A stretch of DNA of 64,000 bases from Balanoglossus misakiensis (lineage: Eukaryota; Animalia; Hemichordata): positions 3,764,349-3,828,348 of the forward strand of contig CM082586.2 in assembly GCA_040954595.2 (NCBI GenBank), given 5' to 3'. Under the pieces are notes generated by a model. That model saw only the letters and a list, made by a program, of their open reading frames with translations, ran no database searches and had not been told where the DNA came from. The position numbers and the translations under genes are program-made. Shown here one piece after another: positions 1 through 14,841 of this stretch (positions are counted from its first letter, which is position 1; the number at the start of each line of letters is the position of its first letter).

Positions 1-3000
1 CGATCTTACTTCGACATTTCATAGTCTTACGAAAATCGGTCGCGCGTCATTTTCTTCCACAGTTTGCAGGCTTCCAGGTACCCCAAAAAGCCAGCTCCAT
101 TACTGCATAGAGTAGTTTATGTTCCCTTTTCAGGTCGATTAATTAATTCCACTGAGAAATGCAACGAAGTTGCTGCCGATTTTGTCGCCGCAGTCCAACA
201 TCAAACAGGGTTTCTCATCATCTGACATTTTGAAAGTTGTCTGCAAAATTCACGAACCGAGATTTCAAGTTTGCAGCATTGGATCATTACAAACTTCAAA
301 AGTCAATAAACCGGACAAGAAACCCTGTGCGACAAAAAATGTTTCATCAGCAACCAAATGAAAAACGTTTCTGCGAGGAAAACAATTTCTCTCTTATAGG
401 TGCAAGCACATGGTGTTACAATCAATGTCTTTGGATGGACACTCAAAATAAACATCTTCAAAATCAATAACTGTTCCTCTATCAATATTTTCAAGTATTC
501 CGCCTGTGTACACTTTCTCGGCCATCACCTGGCAACGAGAACACTTCTGCCATATTGAAGTTACCCCGTTATTGAAACTAATCATTAAAATGTGTGGTTG
601 ATTTTTTTTCTAGCAAGTATAGATTGTTGAGGCCCAATCCATCTCATTTGTGAATTTTCTTTTGTTTACTGTCTGTGATTTTTCTGTGTCTTTTGTCTTG
701 TCTTGTACCGTTAGACCTTCACAAACATAAATTACAGGACTTAGTACCTAATACCAGTAGTTTTTATAACACAAACAGATTTTTGTATCCTCTGGTTTTA
801 ATCGCCAAAATGTTCTAGACAGTGTCCATGCTTTTATTCAGTGCACGTTTCATCTTCTCCCAGTCTCCGTTATTCTCATTTGTAACTATTGGTTTACTGC
901 TCAGTGAAGGACAAATCAGTAAAAAAAACCATTGTCACTCCTGATGACCTTGAGACGTGACCATGGCAGGAGTTAATTAAAGGGGGGTACCCTCCGACAG
1001 GCGTATAAGCTGTATAGACCTTTTAATCAGTCCAGTGAGAACCCATTCAGAAAATCCCTCGGCATCTGTTGGGACATGTCTGTTCGTGTCATCCACTACT
1101 CAAGGTTCCAAAATCGTGCCGATTTTATCCTCCCGTGAGCCCCCTCAAGGCCGCTCCTTCCCAGAATGCAACAGTTGCAGGGGGGCATCTGATGGGAAAG
1201 CTGCACTCGGCACAAGCAGAAAATTGTGCAACATGATTAACCTTCCAAGCTGCATCGTTTGATCAGTAACTTCACCTTTTTTAATCCACTCAGATAATTC
1301 TTGTTTGTACTACTAAGTAAAACAAAGTATATGATAAAACAATTTCGGGGTTTCAAGAATAATGACCGGTCAACACCATGGACTAGATCTATAAATGCAG
1401 AAGTAGGGACAAAGCAGACATCTAAAATGATTTGTTATGTCTGTGAACATCTACTTCCACAATTCTGTTTTTAGGTTTTGATCGGAATTTCCAACACACA
1501 AACTCAATCAAGCAATGAATGAGACGCAGTCATCGCGACCAACAGGAAGTCACGTTGACTGATGCCAAACATGCCCATTTACAAACATGGAATAGTAAAA
1601 ACGCTCTTGTAAAAAGCATTAGTTTTTTTTTTTAGTAATGGACTGTAGAATGAAGGGTCCATTTGTACGTCTGTGTACATGCAGTGACAGGAATGCTCAA
1701 TGTACTATCACACTGTTATTAGCAATATCAGATTGTCGCTTAATTTGTATGTAAGCAACACCTCAAAATACAGCTATTGGATGACAATTTTTAATCAAGT
1801 TATTTTATTCAAAAATATTTTCCAAGTGCTTTTCAAAATTCACTACTTCTCTTTTGCTTTGGTTCCACAACACGATTGTCTCATGCAATATTCGGCAAAA
1901 ACAAACTACTTATTCTAGGTGTAGTGTCCACCTGGGGATCAGACCAGAGACGGAAGTGACTGAATAGCCTCGTCTTTGTTAAGTAGTTTCTCGCGTGCTT
2001 GTTCAACGAGTTATTTTTACTACAGGGAAAGATTAAAAGCTAATTTTCCCTTCCCTGGCTGAATGAACAAACGAATGAACAAGTGAATGAATAAATGAAT
2101 GACCAAACGAATGAATGACTAATTCGACTTGCCTCCAGCCCATGACAGTGTCGCGCACTTTGGCTGTCAATATTTGGAGCATGGTTACTCACTCTTTTAG
2201 ATACATATCTTTCATACATGGATTTCTTTGGCTTCCTGATACCTTACAAAACTGGATTTGCACACAATTTCACCGACATAATGATTTCAAAAAGGGCAAT
2301 TTTATACAGCTAACCAAGCTTAACAGTCAATGGATATTCTGAAGTTTCTGTGACTCAAATCTTGTCAGAACACGAAGACTACTCATGTGAAAGTGAAAAA
2401 GGCACAACCAGACTGTTACAGTTCTGGCGCAGTCTTCGTGAACCAGCGTCCAAAGGGAACAATGACCCCAAACTGAACAGGGATCGTTTCTCGTTGGCCG
2501 GAGGAAAAAAAAGTGTCAATCAACAGGTCTACCTAGTAAGTGAACCTTCAATGGCACTCCAGTCCCGTTCAATATACCCAATTAATCCTGATGTGACCGG
2601 AAAAAGGACTCAACCCTCTACTAAACAAACAATTACGTCGATCTAGGCCAGCTGCTCAAAACCCTTTCCTTTTCTTCCAAACTACCAACCTATAATTTGT
2701 TTTACAACCCCGAAAAACCTCCACCCCTTCTCCTATTGGCTCCCTGTGTGTGGTGTTGACCCACAACTTGTCAAATACAAACACTGTGCTGTTCCACTCC
2801 TCTTTGGTCTCTTTGTTGATGTGTGTTTTGAAAGTAATAAAAAAGAAGGAGGACTGTTTGTGTTCGGTGCTTGGTGTTCAAACACGGCCCACAAAGAACT
2901 GAATTCTGAAAGCAGAATCGGGGTGACGCTCAGCAACACAAAAAACACCAGGATTTTATGTTTTGCGATTCCCTTTGGATCGCATTGAGATGGCAAGAAA

Positions 3001-4269
3001 ACTCTCTTCAACCATTTTCATTTTCATGAAATTTTACACATTGCTAAGTCATACGTTTGCTCGTAGACAAACATCTGGCGAAAAAATGCTGACTTGACAG
3101 TTTTCATTAATTTTCGACTATTCATGGCCTTGTATTTCAAAAACAAGCACAGTGACCCCTATACTTTAATACGGATTTTTATTATGCTTACAAAGGAGAA
3201 CCAAATTTCCAAAATTAAAAGAATTGACTTTCAATTTTACTGATCGTACATCATTAACACTACTTGCCTATTGCATTCGAAGCTTGTCAATGATGTCTTT
3301 AATGTCAAAGAAAACCAAAACATTCTACACCACTGGAAAAGCTTTGCCCCTGCTTCTGCACATCCACATGTGAATAAACCTCTTCAACTTTAACATTTTC
3401 TCCGTCGTCACACGTGGCAATTGTCTGTAGGGACATCATCACTAGTTAATGCGTGGGTTTACCTCCATCCTGACTAGTCACTCACTACCAGTATAATTAT
3501 CAAGGAGTAACAAACACCTGTGTTGATTATATATTATTAGTCTCAAACTACTATATCTGTTTAATACTCACAAATGTGTCCACACACGTACATATGAGTC
3601 GTGACTTTCCGTACCCAAAAATACACCGCAAATACTTCCGATTTCCTGTCACATCTGTTGAGTTGAGTTGTCCATATTTTTTACCTGATATTTTACATGG
3701 AACATTTTTGTAAAATAGTTGTAAAAGTTAAAGTAGTCCAACAAAATACCATTTTCGGCAGCTTACTTCTAGAGATTATTTAATATTCTCATGAATATCT
3801 ACATCTCCTAGAGAAACCATACTAAAAAAAATTCTTGGTGCCAACGTGTTCGATTGAAATTACACTTTTGATAAAATGAGAGTGCCTGCATATTTTTTGA
3901 TAAGGATTCACATGAGAATCTGTCTAACTTATTGGATTCGTGCATTTCGTTTCTACGTTTGCTTTCTCAGTTTGCTGACACCTCGTGACGGTCATTGCAC
4001 GTACTACGCTCTAACTGCAAGCTCGCACATACACGACACACCCCCCAGCTTTACCTTTCAATAGGGGCAGCCGGTGAATGCATTCCGTCTTTGTTTACAT
4101 TTACGGGTCACACGCAACACAAAGAAGGCATGTCTAAAGAAGAGTTCAGGGACACACACAAGCCGTACCAGGAGATCAGGCGTGTAGTTTTATTTGTGAA
4201 CAAATTTTTACGCATTCAGCCGTCAACTAATACAGTAAAGACATATCTCGTGTGTTATGTTTCCATAAG

Positions 4270-4271
<2 letters not shown>

Positions 4272-4303
<32 letters not shown>
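4272..4303. repeat. (CA)n microsatellite
   Basis: Direct reading. Confidence 0.95.
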
Positions 4304-4310
<7 letters not shown>

Positions 4311-6039
4311 TGACAGCTCCATATTAAAAACAGGATACCCTTACTGCATCACAAAAATTCAATATGACAATTACACTGATAATAAAAATATCTACGTTAA
4401 CAGATGTCGCAAAACTACCAGTAAGGCCGTAATTTTTTCCCCATCCTACGGAGATAGCCATTTGTAAACACACAATCACGAACTGTATCAAAACTTCTAA
4501 TCGGATTATCTCACCTTAACTCACAGGAAATGGTTACCCATTATTCCAAACTTATTAAAATTTAATGGCAAAACGAGACAGCTGATAATGCTGTATCAGA
4601 GACTTAAAAAGTCTATCCAGGAGGATTAATTTCAATTCATGTGGATTGTCGTGACATATTGGGCACGAGTTTTTATAATTATTTTATAACTGCTGACAGT
4701 TAACAGATATATAGTTTTCAAAAGGTATATGTACTCTCTTTCAAAAGCGGTCATGATCAGGATTTTCGATCATTTCAGGAGTTTTATACATTCATCAAAT
4801 GTTTTTTTCCTCATAATCTTGTCCTCAGAGAATGACACATGTAAAGTTATACTAAGTCCAGGATGAATTTTCATTCATAATTTTTTTATTTCTGAGCTAG
4901 CCTCGCAAACAGTGGATACATATAGATATATACAGATAGTGAATAGAGTGCGGTACATGTAATTAAGACAAGAATCCCTAAGAAAAATTTTAAATAAAAA
5001 AAGTCTATGTCTGACTTTTCTGTAAGAGGTGAGTCTACGCAGGGCAGAATTTAACTTGCAGACTTCATTTTAATACCACGCAGAGTACAGAGCACATGTG
5101 GATGACACCGCAAAGGACCATGGGAGTGTCCTTGACCTTTGGTGTAAACGTGACCATAGTAAAGTGAACAAATGACTTTGGGATTTTTAATTTATCATCA
5201 CAAATTACATAGATGATCATTTCTGCTGCACAGGCTACATCATAAACTCGTGCATAAGAGACAATTCAATCTAAAAAAATTCAGTTCGAATGAATGACTG
5301 CAAAAAAAAACTCTCGACGCCATTTCTGCCAGACTGTTACATCTCTATAAAGGAAATGACGAAAGAATTCAATGTATTTTCTCAGGAATTTTCTTCTAAA
5401 ATAATCAGAGACAGGGGTTACTAACCAGCACCGAAACTGAAATAGACATGTAGAATTTTTCCTAATGTTGTTCACTGGCAGTAAAGCATAAATGTTTTCG
5501 ATAAATTTATCTAATTTCACAGTTTTGGGAAATCATGTCAAAATTAGCCTGGAAACAAGTAGCACACATTCGACAGACACAGATGACACATGCATAATGA
5601 ACTGTCATTGCAGCTCCAAATCAATCCACACTTGGTAATTTACACAATTGCTCTTTTCTTGAAATCAAGTTCACAATAAGTCACTGTCAATAACTAGATT
5701 CCCTGATGGATCAAGAGATTAAGAAAGCATTGAAAGAAACCACAATAGAAGGACATCAGTCAAGGCACTGCTGCAAAAGAACATCTGACAATGTTTCTAA
5801 CAAAGTGTTTAGTTTAGAACTATGATGTGCACATGTATGTATGTTATAGTACATTCAGTTCTCATAGTGAGCTTGAATGTGATGAAAACATATATAGCTC
5901 AGGAGGTGAGAGAATTGTAAACAAAATGGCTGCCTGGCACCTATATACGACTGCACCATGACACAAAATGTTGTCAACATGTACATCTCAGTACACTGTC
6001 CTTATGCAAACCTTGAATAATTAAAATATGTATGAATAA

Positions 6040-6400
6040 CAGCTCCTGACATGAGAAAATATAAAAACAAAATGGCCGACTTATTGCCGCCATATTGGAT
6101 AATATCGCGGCACAAATTGAGATGCATACATACATCATGTACATTGTTCTTATACCAAGTTTAAATGAAATACGTTCAAACATGTCTGAATTCGTTCTGG
6201 ACATGAAAAAATTGTATCAAAACGGCTTGCCACAGCCATTTTGAATCGTATTGGGACATACACTGACATGCATACAAATTATGTAAATCATGGTACATTG
6301 TCCCTTCTACCGGTAGGTTTGAACGAAATATATTCCGGCACATCTGGGTAACGGCTCCAGATTTAGAGAAAATCATGACAAAATGGGTGTCTGGCACTTG
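6040..6400. repeat. Degenerate interspersed repeat with internal sub-repeats (probable non-autonomous TE remnant)
   Basis: Recurring blocks gccatattggat/gccattttgaatcg, atgcataca, gtacattgt and gttt(a/g)aa.gaaata at roughly 130-150 bp spacing. Confidence 0.4.
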
Positions 6401-9400
6401 CATCATGTATTAAACACACTTAAATAAACAAATAATGTTGAGTCAATTCTGTGAAAGATACATAAACCCCTTGCATTGAACTAAAACATCCCTGAAAAGA
6501 GTCAGTATACCCTGCCCACTGAAAGGCAACAGGAAGTAGTTTCTTTCAATTAGAAACCTTTATTCATGCTTAAATATCTACTTTACAGAAATGAAAGCGT
6601 ACACACTGCAAAAGAAACAGTTGTTATTGATTTTTCATAAAAAGGGGTTTCAGTTACAGTGAATCTGTTTACGGTTTTTCATCCTTTTCATTAGCATTTG
6701 ACACAGAAACTGGATTCACAATATGCACAAAAATGATCACTCAATAAAATTAAATAAATGAAAATGTAAAAAATAATGTTTCAATAACAACTGCCACAAA
6801 AGATGCAAATTCTTCTAACAGATTTGTTAATGAGGGAATCCTATCAACCATTGATGAAAGCCCCGTTGCCTTGTTTTACATATTCTAGTCACCATCCATT
6901 CTTCGCTTTAAATTCCAGTCATCCTACTGTTCTATGAATTATGAAGTTTGCAGACATCATACTTGTTGCACGACAGATGAGATGAAAATTTTGTTGGCCA
7001 CACCACATGCATATTTATCCCTAGATGCTAACACAAAAAATACATGCTTATCTGCCTTAGCTACAAACTGATAACTACAAGAAATATTGAAGAGTGGCTT
7101 GACAGAGAACTATTTGAATCAAAAGACGTAAACAGTCTTACCATTGCAACCTCGTCACACTGCAAAATCACTCCGCCGTATGGAAATTATGAAAACTTGA
7201 GAGATAAACATACCTGACAAAATGTTTCTCATGAAGTAGGGTGGGAAGGAAGCAGATGGTACCAGAAATTTAAATTAAATTAAACTATGTTTATCATCAT
7301 GAGGGCAAAATCACAATTTGTAGCCTGTAGGAGGGATATTTTGACTTGCCGTAGTTGGACAACACCAGCCCAAGGGCAGACTACAAATCATAACAGTGCC
7401 TGAGCTTTATGTGATATCAGTTCTACATTACACCACAATATTTGGAATTATATCAACACTTGACGTGTACTGCACAATATCAAATGGCAATTTTGCACTG
7501 TATTTATGAGCAATACTTAAAAACTTATGTGGTAACACGCACCGGTACTTAACTTGAGGCAGAGTTTAAAACAAATGTACGTCAAAGCACAACATTTTAA
7601 AAGGTGGGTTGTCACTATCACAACTACTGGTAACTTCAACGGCACAGTTTTACATTCCGTATTTGAGCGAGGATAAAAGTTGGCAAGTTGCAACTTGTAC
7701 AGGTACACAACCTGCTCAATCAATTCACGCACTGCCTACGCGTTTAGCAACTGCGGCCAGAAAACAAATTCACTTCCGCGGCAGATCTTGTGGCTAATCG
7801 GTTCAATACCAGTTTTAAGTGAAATGGTCTTTACACTGATATGACTATGACACATGTTGGATGACAGATAGCCCACCCACCTTTTTTTTCACATGCTTTA
7901 CTGTGTTTATGAAATAGATTTGATGTCCGAGATACAGATGTTTATTGGTCAATGGGTTTGTAACTTAGTTCCTAGATTTACCATGATGTCTGTTTAAACA
8001 TTAATGAATTGGTGGCAACATCTCAAAATGTAAAACAACAACTGAAACAGGAACATGTCTGAAACTGCCAACTGATAAGCGGTGTGCCAATAAATTGGTT
8101 TCCAGATATCTTGCTGTTTCAGTTGTAGTTTTAGTTAATGATATTTACAACAAAACTTTGTCAATCTAGAAACTAAATAACAAACCTAATTGGAGAATAG
8201 TATGTGCCAGCATGCTGGACGATCAATTTTCTATGACGAGAAGTTGCTTTGCTAACATTAAATGTCACCTTTATGTCCAAAAATAAGATATTATTAAACA
8301 TGTTTTTAAAATACTGAAGATCTTCTATTTTAAGCATTTTTTTTAAAAAAACACATGCATCAACCTATATTTATGTCAAGAAAAATAAAGCTGGCCTGGT
8401 TCGTGCAGCAAATGTGTAAACATCTCTCTGGGTATGGTTTCTGATCTTTATATTTTTGTAAACTGTGGTAAGAAAACATCATACATGCCTGGCCTTTCAT
8501 TTTCGAATTCAATAGATTGTACGCAAATGATAGATCCATGTGGTGCTTAGTGACGAGTATCTATATGTAGAATGTGTGCTTATGTTCTCTGTGGCTGCCA
8601 CTGATTGTATGCAGATAAGCACATGACTGTACGGGGGAAGGAGAGCATTGGGCTACATGTACTGCTGTTTATGGTAGCGTACCTCACCTCCCACAAAGAC
8701 ACACCCCCCTCCATGACAGTCGACTTGAATACTGTACCACAAAGAGGCGGAGGTGTTTTTCTTCCCGTCCCTACAGCAGAAAAGGATCCTGTCCATCACG
8801 ACTTCAGAGTACATGAGACGTTAAGACGTAAACAGTTTCAGCTAAACTCTCAAATATTGATCTTATCGTTTCTGGTGGATGGTCTTATTTTTCTGCATTG
8901 AACAAGCTTTCCATCTGTCTAGGTGTGTGTGTGTGTGTATGTGTGTGTTATTACATGTGTGCATGTGTATGGGGGTGTGTCTATCTCACTTGCAATGATC
9001 TTCACACCCAGATACCATACAACAAATTTTCTCCAATACCGATAACAAAAAAGACAATCAAGTTGGTTCTGACTCAAAATTACTAGGAAATACACACCTT
9101 TAAGCCAACTTAACAACCAAAAAATCCAACAAACATCAGCCAAGAACTACCGGTATAACCATGAATCCCTTCAGTGGATAACAGCAATGCAAATGCCAAG
9201 TACCATCTTTTTCTTACAATAATAACTAGTCTCCAAGGATTCGTAAAATTTCATTGTCTTCGAAAAAAGGCAGGCTACCAGCAGAAGTGGATTGTTCACT
9301 AAATCTCTCGAACATCAAAGTTATGGTTGGATTCGTGGGTGAAATTTCTCTCCGGAAAAACAACTCAACTCTTGCGTATTTTGTATAATACGACTACTGG

Positions 9401-10379
9401 TAATACGATAATCCATTATCCAATGGATGCTCCACCCTGATCAGGAAGCGATGGTTTCATTTCATCCAAATTGTGTTTCAAGTAAAAAGTACAAGATAAA
9501 GACAGACTTCCTAGACTCAGAATTTTCAAACGAGAAAAGTTTTTCAAAATATATATTCCGTATTTTTTTCTCTCTGAGAAATTGAGACAAGCAAAACAAT
9601 CAGCATGTGTCCAATTTTCAAGGAAACAGCCATAAGATACTTGAGCGTTCTATCTGTGAAGGATTTTGAACAAGAATGGAATATCCTCTGCAGAAGGCTA
9701 GTCACGACTCTTATTTGTTTTAAAGTTTTTTTAATCAATTATGAACATTTACAATATGTTTACAGTTAATCACTTCAAGAAAATATAATTCTGTCACCCT
9801 CTTGCAACTTGATTACATTTCAAACAATTAAATTTAATTGTCACTGACTAGGTTAGGTGCCTATTTCTATAATATCACACTTCAGAGATCATGAAAATGT
9901 GAAAAAAAAAACTTATTTGTCAATATCATTTACAGAAACTGAATCAAACTGTACAATGTAAGTGTGCGATGGGATTGATCGCGCCTGTCCATTGAATAGT
10001 GGGCCTAGCCTAGGACTACACTTGGCCTACCACTACCAGTTTACCGTGGATGATAAACAACCATAAACAGAGAAAGTTTTAAAGATATTTGCCGCGATCG
10101 CCGCCTGCAATGCTGTCTTAGTCTTCGATTCTTATTGGCGGACACTTTGCGCTGACTGTAAACAAAACAAACACTTGAGAATTGCTTTTTATCGCGCAGA
10201 AAACAAAGCTGAAAGAAAGGACAGATATTCAGGGTCGCTGACTGACACCAATGATAGATCGACCGGGGTCGAAATTGGTATGCGATTGTCAGGTCGCCCG
10301 TTCACACAAAACACGGCGTTACATTCAGCCGTGTTTTGTGTTTGGTTTTTGGCGGGGTTTTGTGTTGTTGTGTGTTTAC

Positions 10380-10520
10380 CTTCACTTTCCGCAAGTAGCC
10401 TTGCATTCTGATGTCATTCTCGGTGTGTTGATCATCCAGTTGGATGGACTGCACTTGAGGGGTTTCATCGTCTTCTCGGCTGCCAGTCATGTTTGCTCCC
10501 TCGGCGTCGATAGCTGACAT
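10380..10520 (-). CDS. IRS: First coding exon of an insulin receptor substrate (IRS/chico)-like PH-domain protein; the gene continues leftwards, probably beyond the window start
   Basis: The ATG at 10520 is in Kozak context (cccgccATG). 47 codons end ...ENDIRMQGYLRKVK at a phase-0 GTAAAC donor (10379), matching the first strand of the IRS PH domain (IRS1 DVRKVGYLRKPK). Upstream is CpG-rich. No further PH exon was recognised in 1-10379. Confidence 0.62.
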
Positions 10521-13500
10521 GGCGGGGAGCAATTTCCCATCAGTTCCCAATCTCCCGTTGATCGACTCCTTTTTCCGAGCGAGTTCCCGTGTATGTTTCG
10601 CCGGTAGGACCGCTCTGGGTTCTCCCTTGGTAACCTTGGAAACAGTCGGTAGTTGGTAGCAACTGCGCGATATCTTGCTACATTGTAGTTACATGTGTTA
10701 CAGCTGCCGCGCGCGGGTATGTTGTTGTTTGCGTTGCGTCCGCACGTACTCGTGCGCTCCGACGTCGGTGTCGATTTCCCCGGCGATCGCTCCTTTTAGC
10801 GAAAGAAATTTCAGTGGAAAAACATCCCCCTCGATGCCTCTGATCAGACAGTCAGTACTCGTCATCGAATGGTGCCGATCCCTTGCGCACGATCGACGCA
10901 AACTGGGCCGATCACAAGACGTCGGTCAGAACGCCTAGCGAAAACAACATGAGAGCGAACAACTCAGTTCATGCAAAGTTACAGATAAACAGTTCAGACA
11001 GGCTGTGTCAGGGTGACCTCGCAAAGCCTCTGCTATCAATCGGATCGGGACACAGTCTGTTTCGATTGTGCCCTGTGAAAGATCTGCCTCCAAATGCTTG
11101 TCGTTTTGAGGTTATATCGGTGAAATTTGCGGGCGATCGATGTGGTCCACGTACAATAACACACAGCACTCTGCCTGTTCATCAAACGGCTATGTAAGTT
11201 CACTACCATACTAGCTAGGTCACGTGGGGCGTGGTTTCAGCACACAATATGAAACAAACAAGTTGTACGCATGTGCAGTGCTCCACTTAAAGCAGCCGGC
11301 GCTGCGGAAGACGACACGGCAGCGAAGGACAGGGGCGGGGGAGAAAGCGAATTTATTAGCTCACGATTTTATTTCATTCCCGTGCCACGACGATCCATCA
11401 AAAAATTCTCATGAATACGACGAAACAGTAAATTTGCCCACGTGTACAATTGATGCCGCGATCGCCCACACTATTGTTCCACTTTTAAAAGGTTATTGAC
11501 TCCGTGCTCCGTCCTAGATGTGTTTGAATATTATCAATTTATAAATTCGTATCGAGTTTAGCGTGACCAAATACGTTCAGTGTATAAATACCTTGAATAG
11601 TTGCACAATTATTATCTCAACCGATGTCAATTCAGTTCTTGCACAGTCACACTTAGATTCTTGTAGTGCTTTTTAAATTTTATTTCATCTTTCTTTATTT
11701 TCCGGGGCTGGTGCGCGCGGTGTTCAATTCATTCGAGGATAGTAATTAACTAATAAGATATTTTGATTGACATAATTGTATTTAATAATACAGAAAGCAT
11801 AGCGGAAATAAAAGTACATTTCGCCAGCAGTCTCGGTCTGAGACAGGAATTAATTATGGCATGAAAAATCACATTTTCTCTCGCGTGACATTACTAGAAG
11901 CTATTAACGGACAGAATGTAACGGAGCGCACTCATTTGTACCTCAGTCATTCATTGTCTCTCCCCCCCCCCCTCTCCCGTCACACAGGCGAAAAAAAATC
12001 CGATCTAAACGTCCCTGACCGACTCCGCCCACTTTGTCGCGTGCAAGGACCCCCCTTCTTCCAAGAACGGAAGTCTGCCTTTTGTGCGCGTGTTACATGA
12101 TGCAAACGGTGGTTAAAAAGCGATCCTTGGTGCGCCCCACAAGCTTTTTCTCTTCGCTATCCGGATTCTGTCAAAAAAAAAACGCAAATCCCGTCGTTTT
12201 GGCCAAAATGGATACCAGACTACCTTAACATAATATGCTATGTAACAAAAGTTGTCCGGATGAAATAATCTGGTTAAGCACTTCCGATTTCAAACTTTTC
12301 TCTATAATAATGTTTTGTATCGTTTTTGATATAAAATCCGATAGTCGGATTTACAAGGGTCAGTCCCTACACGTTGCAAGTTTTCCGCGGAGCCTCGGCC
12401 AGTCACGCCACCAGCAATGCACAAGTATGCCGCTATTGGCCAATGATGATGCGCAAAACTTTCAGCTTTGAGCAACTCCGCAAAAATATAATACATTGTA
12501 AAAGACTCTTCTGGGAGAATCAACGTGTATTTTCACGGGATCCGAACCCAGACCTACCGCGCAAATCTACCGTAGCAAGCTATATAGGCCAAAAGTCCAT
12601 GCACGAAACAATCGGTCAAATCAGACTATCTTCTCTCCATCCTCCGTGGTCAAAATCTTTGACCACGACCAGACCTGCGACTTTGTTGGTTTTCGCGATT
12701 TAAAGTACACATATCGCCAGGGAACATGTAAACAAACTCTGCCCTGGCCTCGGAAGTGGGGTCAGTGATACGCGAGTTCGTGTGTTTTATGAGAAAGACT
12801 GTCATCCTTGGCATCTAGGCATCGCCCTGGTGTTTATTTTGATGAGACGGTTCTCCGAAGACCCACCCAGAAAAGAATAGCACATTTCTCACGTGCTCAA
12901 CATGATATATATTGATTTGAACACCATCGTGCATGTAACCACATGCAATGCCAACTTAAACTTTCGCCCAAGCTTTAAATAGCTTCCAATTTACCATATT
13001 TTTAATCAATGATATACTTCAAACCCTAAATCTCCTCATCCTTATAGTCGACTCGACGTACAAATGTCACTACATGTATTTTGACTTTATGGGAATTTAA
13101 ATACTCATGTGCGCATACCACGATATTGCGTACCCTTTGCAAATTGGAGCATTTTTCACTCAGTCATGTCAATACATTATGCATCAATCGGCCTATACCA
13201 CCAATTCTACCACCATAATCATATAGGCCTAATCAGCAGCATCATCATCCTTTTCAACAGACAGACAGACAAGGATTTCGTTGCTTTTACACATTATTCT
13301 ACACATAACCGTGTCAATGTGACCCGTAACCGCGCATCTGTGTCGCAAAAAGTCCCTTTCATGATGAAAGTCGAATAAAATCGATTCTCACAGATCTCAT
13401 CGAATCGATCGATATGTGCGCATGTCGGAGAAATGGTCGTGAGACAGATACCAGACAACAACGTGTGTATTAAACTGGTTGCACTTCTGTCGTATCAGAC

Positions 13501-14369
13501 GGATCTCGTGTCGAGGTGATTTAGGGCACGATCACCGAAGCAATTGAATATGAAACGATGGGAAGAACGTAAAACGCGGGTGGCTACGTCAGAAAAAAAC
13601 TCTAGGAGTTCGCTAATCACAATCGACAGCCTCTGGGGTTCCGCGACTGCTTCTGATAAAAAACGCTTTCTGACGCGTGGGGCAAATCGTGCACCCTTAC
13701 TTATGCGTCCACGCACGGTATTCAATTTTTAATCGCATTTTCATCTTATTCGAAGGATACCGAATATATGATTGAAAAGTTTGATAAGGGGTGGACCATT
13801 TGATAGCCTGCAGTGGGTTGAAGTTTTCCGGGGGGGACACCCTTGAAAAAGGGGCTACACTAGGAAAGAAAAGACTAGTAGTGACGAATGCTGTAACAAA
13901 ATTTAGGTTCTATGAATATATGTAACACACACACGACAATGCTTAAAAGTTCCATTTAGCTGCAACTTTTTGTGTTTTTTCTCTCGATATGTTTGTTTTG
14001 TGCATCATACACGGGTAATACTCTTATTATAAAACAAACTTTCGCAGTAGGATTTTTTATGGTTGTAAACCAACGGCAACGCATGGTCAGTTCCGTTGTC
14101 GCACCCCCGGTCGGGTAGGCGCAAGTATAACTTTGAACTTTGCGGACGTGACATTTTGCTGTTTGCTGCGGTCCCGGTTCGATGTCCTTGCAAAGCGGTT
14201 GTGGTCGGATGTCCTTTCAAGTTCTCCAAAGTTACTGTTTGCTCATCCTATTTCGTAAACATCTGTCTCGCTGGTGGCATTTTCAGAGAAAATTAAACAG
14301 CATGACCGTCTCCATTTTTTCAAAAATATTGCATGTCGATCTGTCTGAACAGTTCCACACGTTCTGTCA

Positions 14370-14370
14370 C

Positions 14371-14425
<55 letters not shown>

Positions 14426-14555
14426 ATGTATGTATGTATGTATGTATGTATGTATGTATGTATGTATGTATGTATGTATGTATGTATGTATGTATGTATG
14501 TATGTATGTATGCATGCATGTATGTATCTATGTATCTATCTTTGTATCTATGTAT
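14370..14555. repeat. Compound (TCTG)n(TATG)n microsatellite
   Basis: Direct reading; it generates the spurious VCMY/HTYI ORFs. Confidence 0.95.
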
Positions 14556-14775
14556 GTTGAGGCATACGTTGATACGGTCGCTGTAACTCAATGTGTAACT
14601 CAATGTGCATGACGGTGCGATTATGCTCTAGTGCCGAATGTTATTTGTGGGCGTGCTACTTTTAATGAAAATACCCGCATTCTCCCGAAGGTGACCTTGT
14701 AGATTCGTGGCATTGTAAAACCAAGGCCTCCTGTTCATACACGTCTACATGTCTGCACGTGTGCATGCATAGTAA

Positions 14776-14841
14776 CTCTCTCTCTCTCTCTCTCTCTCTC
14801 CCCCCCCCCCCAACTCTCTCTCTCTCTCTCTCCCCCCCCCC
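14776..14841. repeat. Duplicated (CT)n + poly-C tract
   Basis: aa(ct)n followed by a C-run occurs twice in tandem. Confidence 0.9.

Noticed and set aside
1-60. Possible alternative first exon ATGAAATGTCGAA|gtaag on the minus strand
   Set aside because: Too short, at the window edge, and its phase 1 does not match the phase-0 main exon.
8683-8815. Possible alternative or cassette exon of the IRS-like gene (minus strand, tgtag...gag|gtgagg)
   Set aside because: Splice-like signals exist but the translations show no PH/PTB similarity; not supportable without RNA data.
14182-14612. ORFs with VCLS/VCMY/HTYI/TDRQ repeats
   Set aside because: Translations of the tetranucleotide microsatellite.
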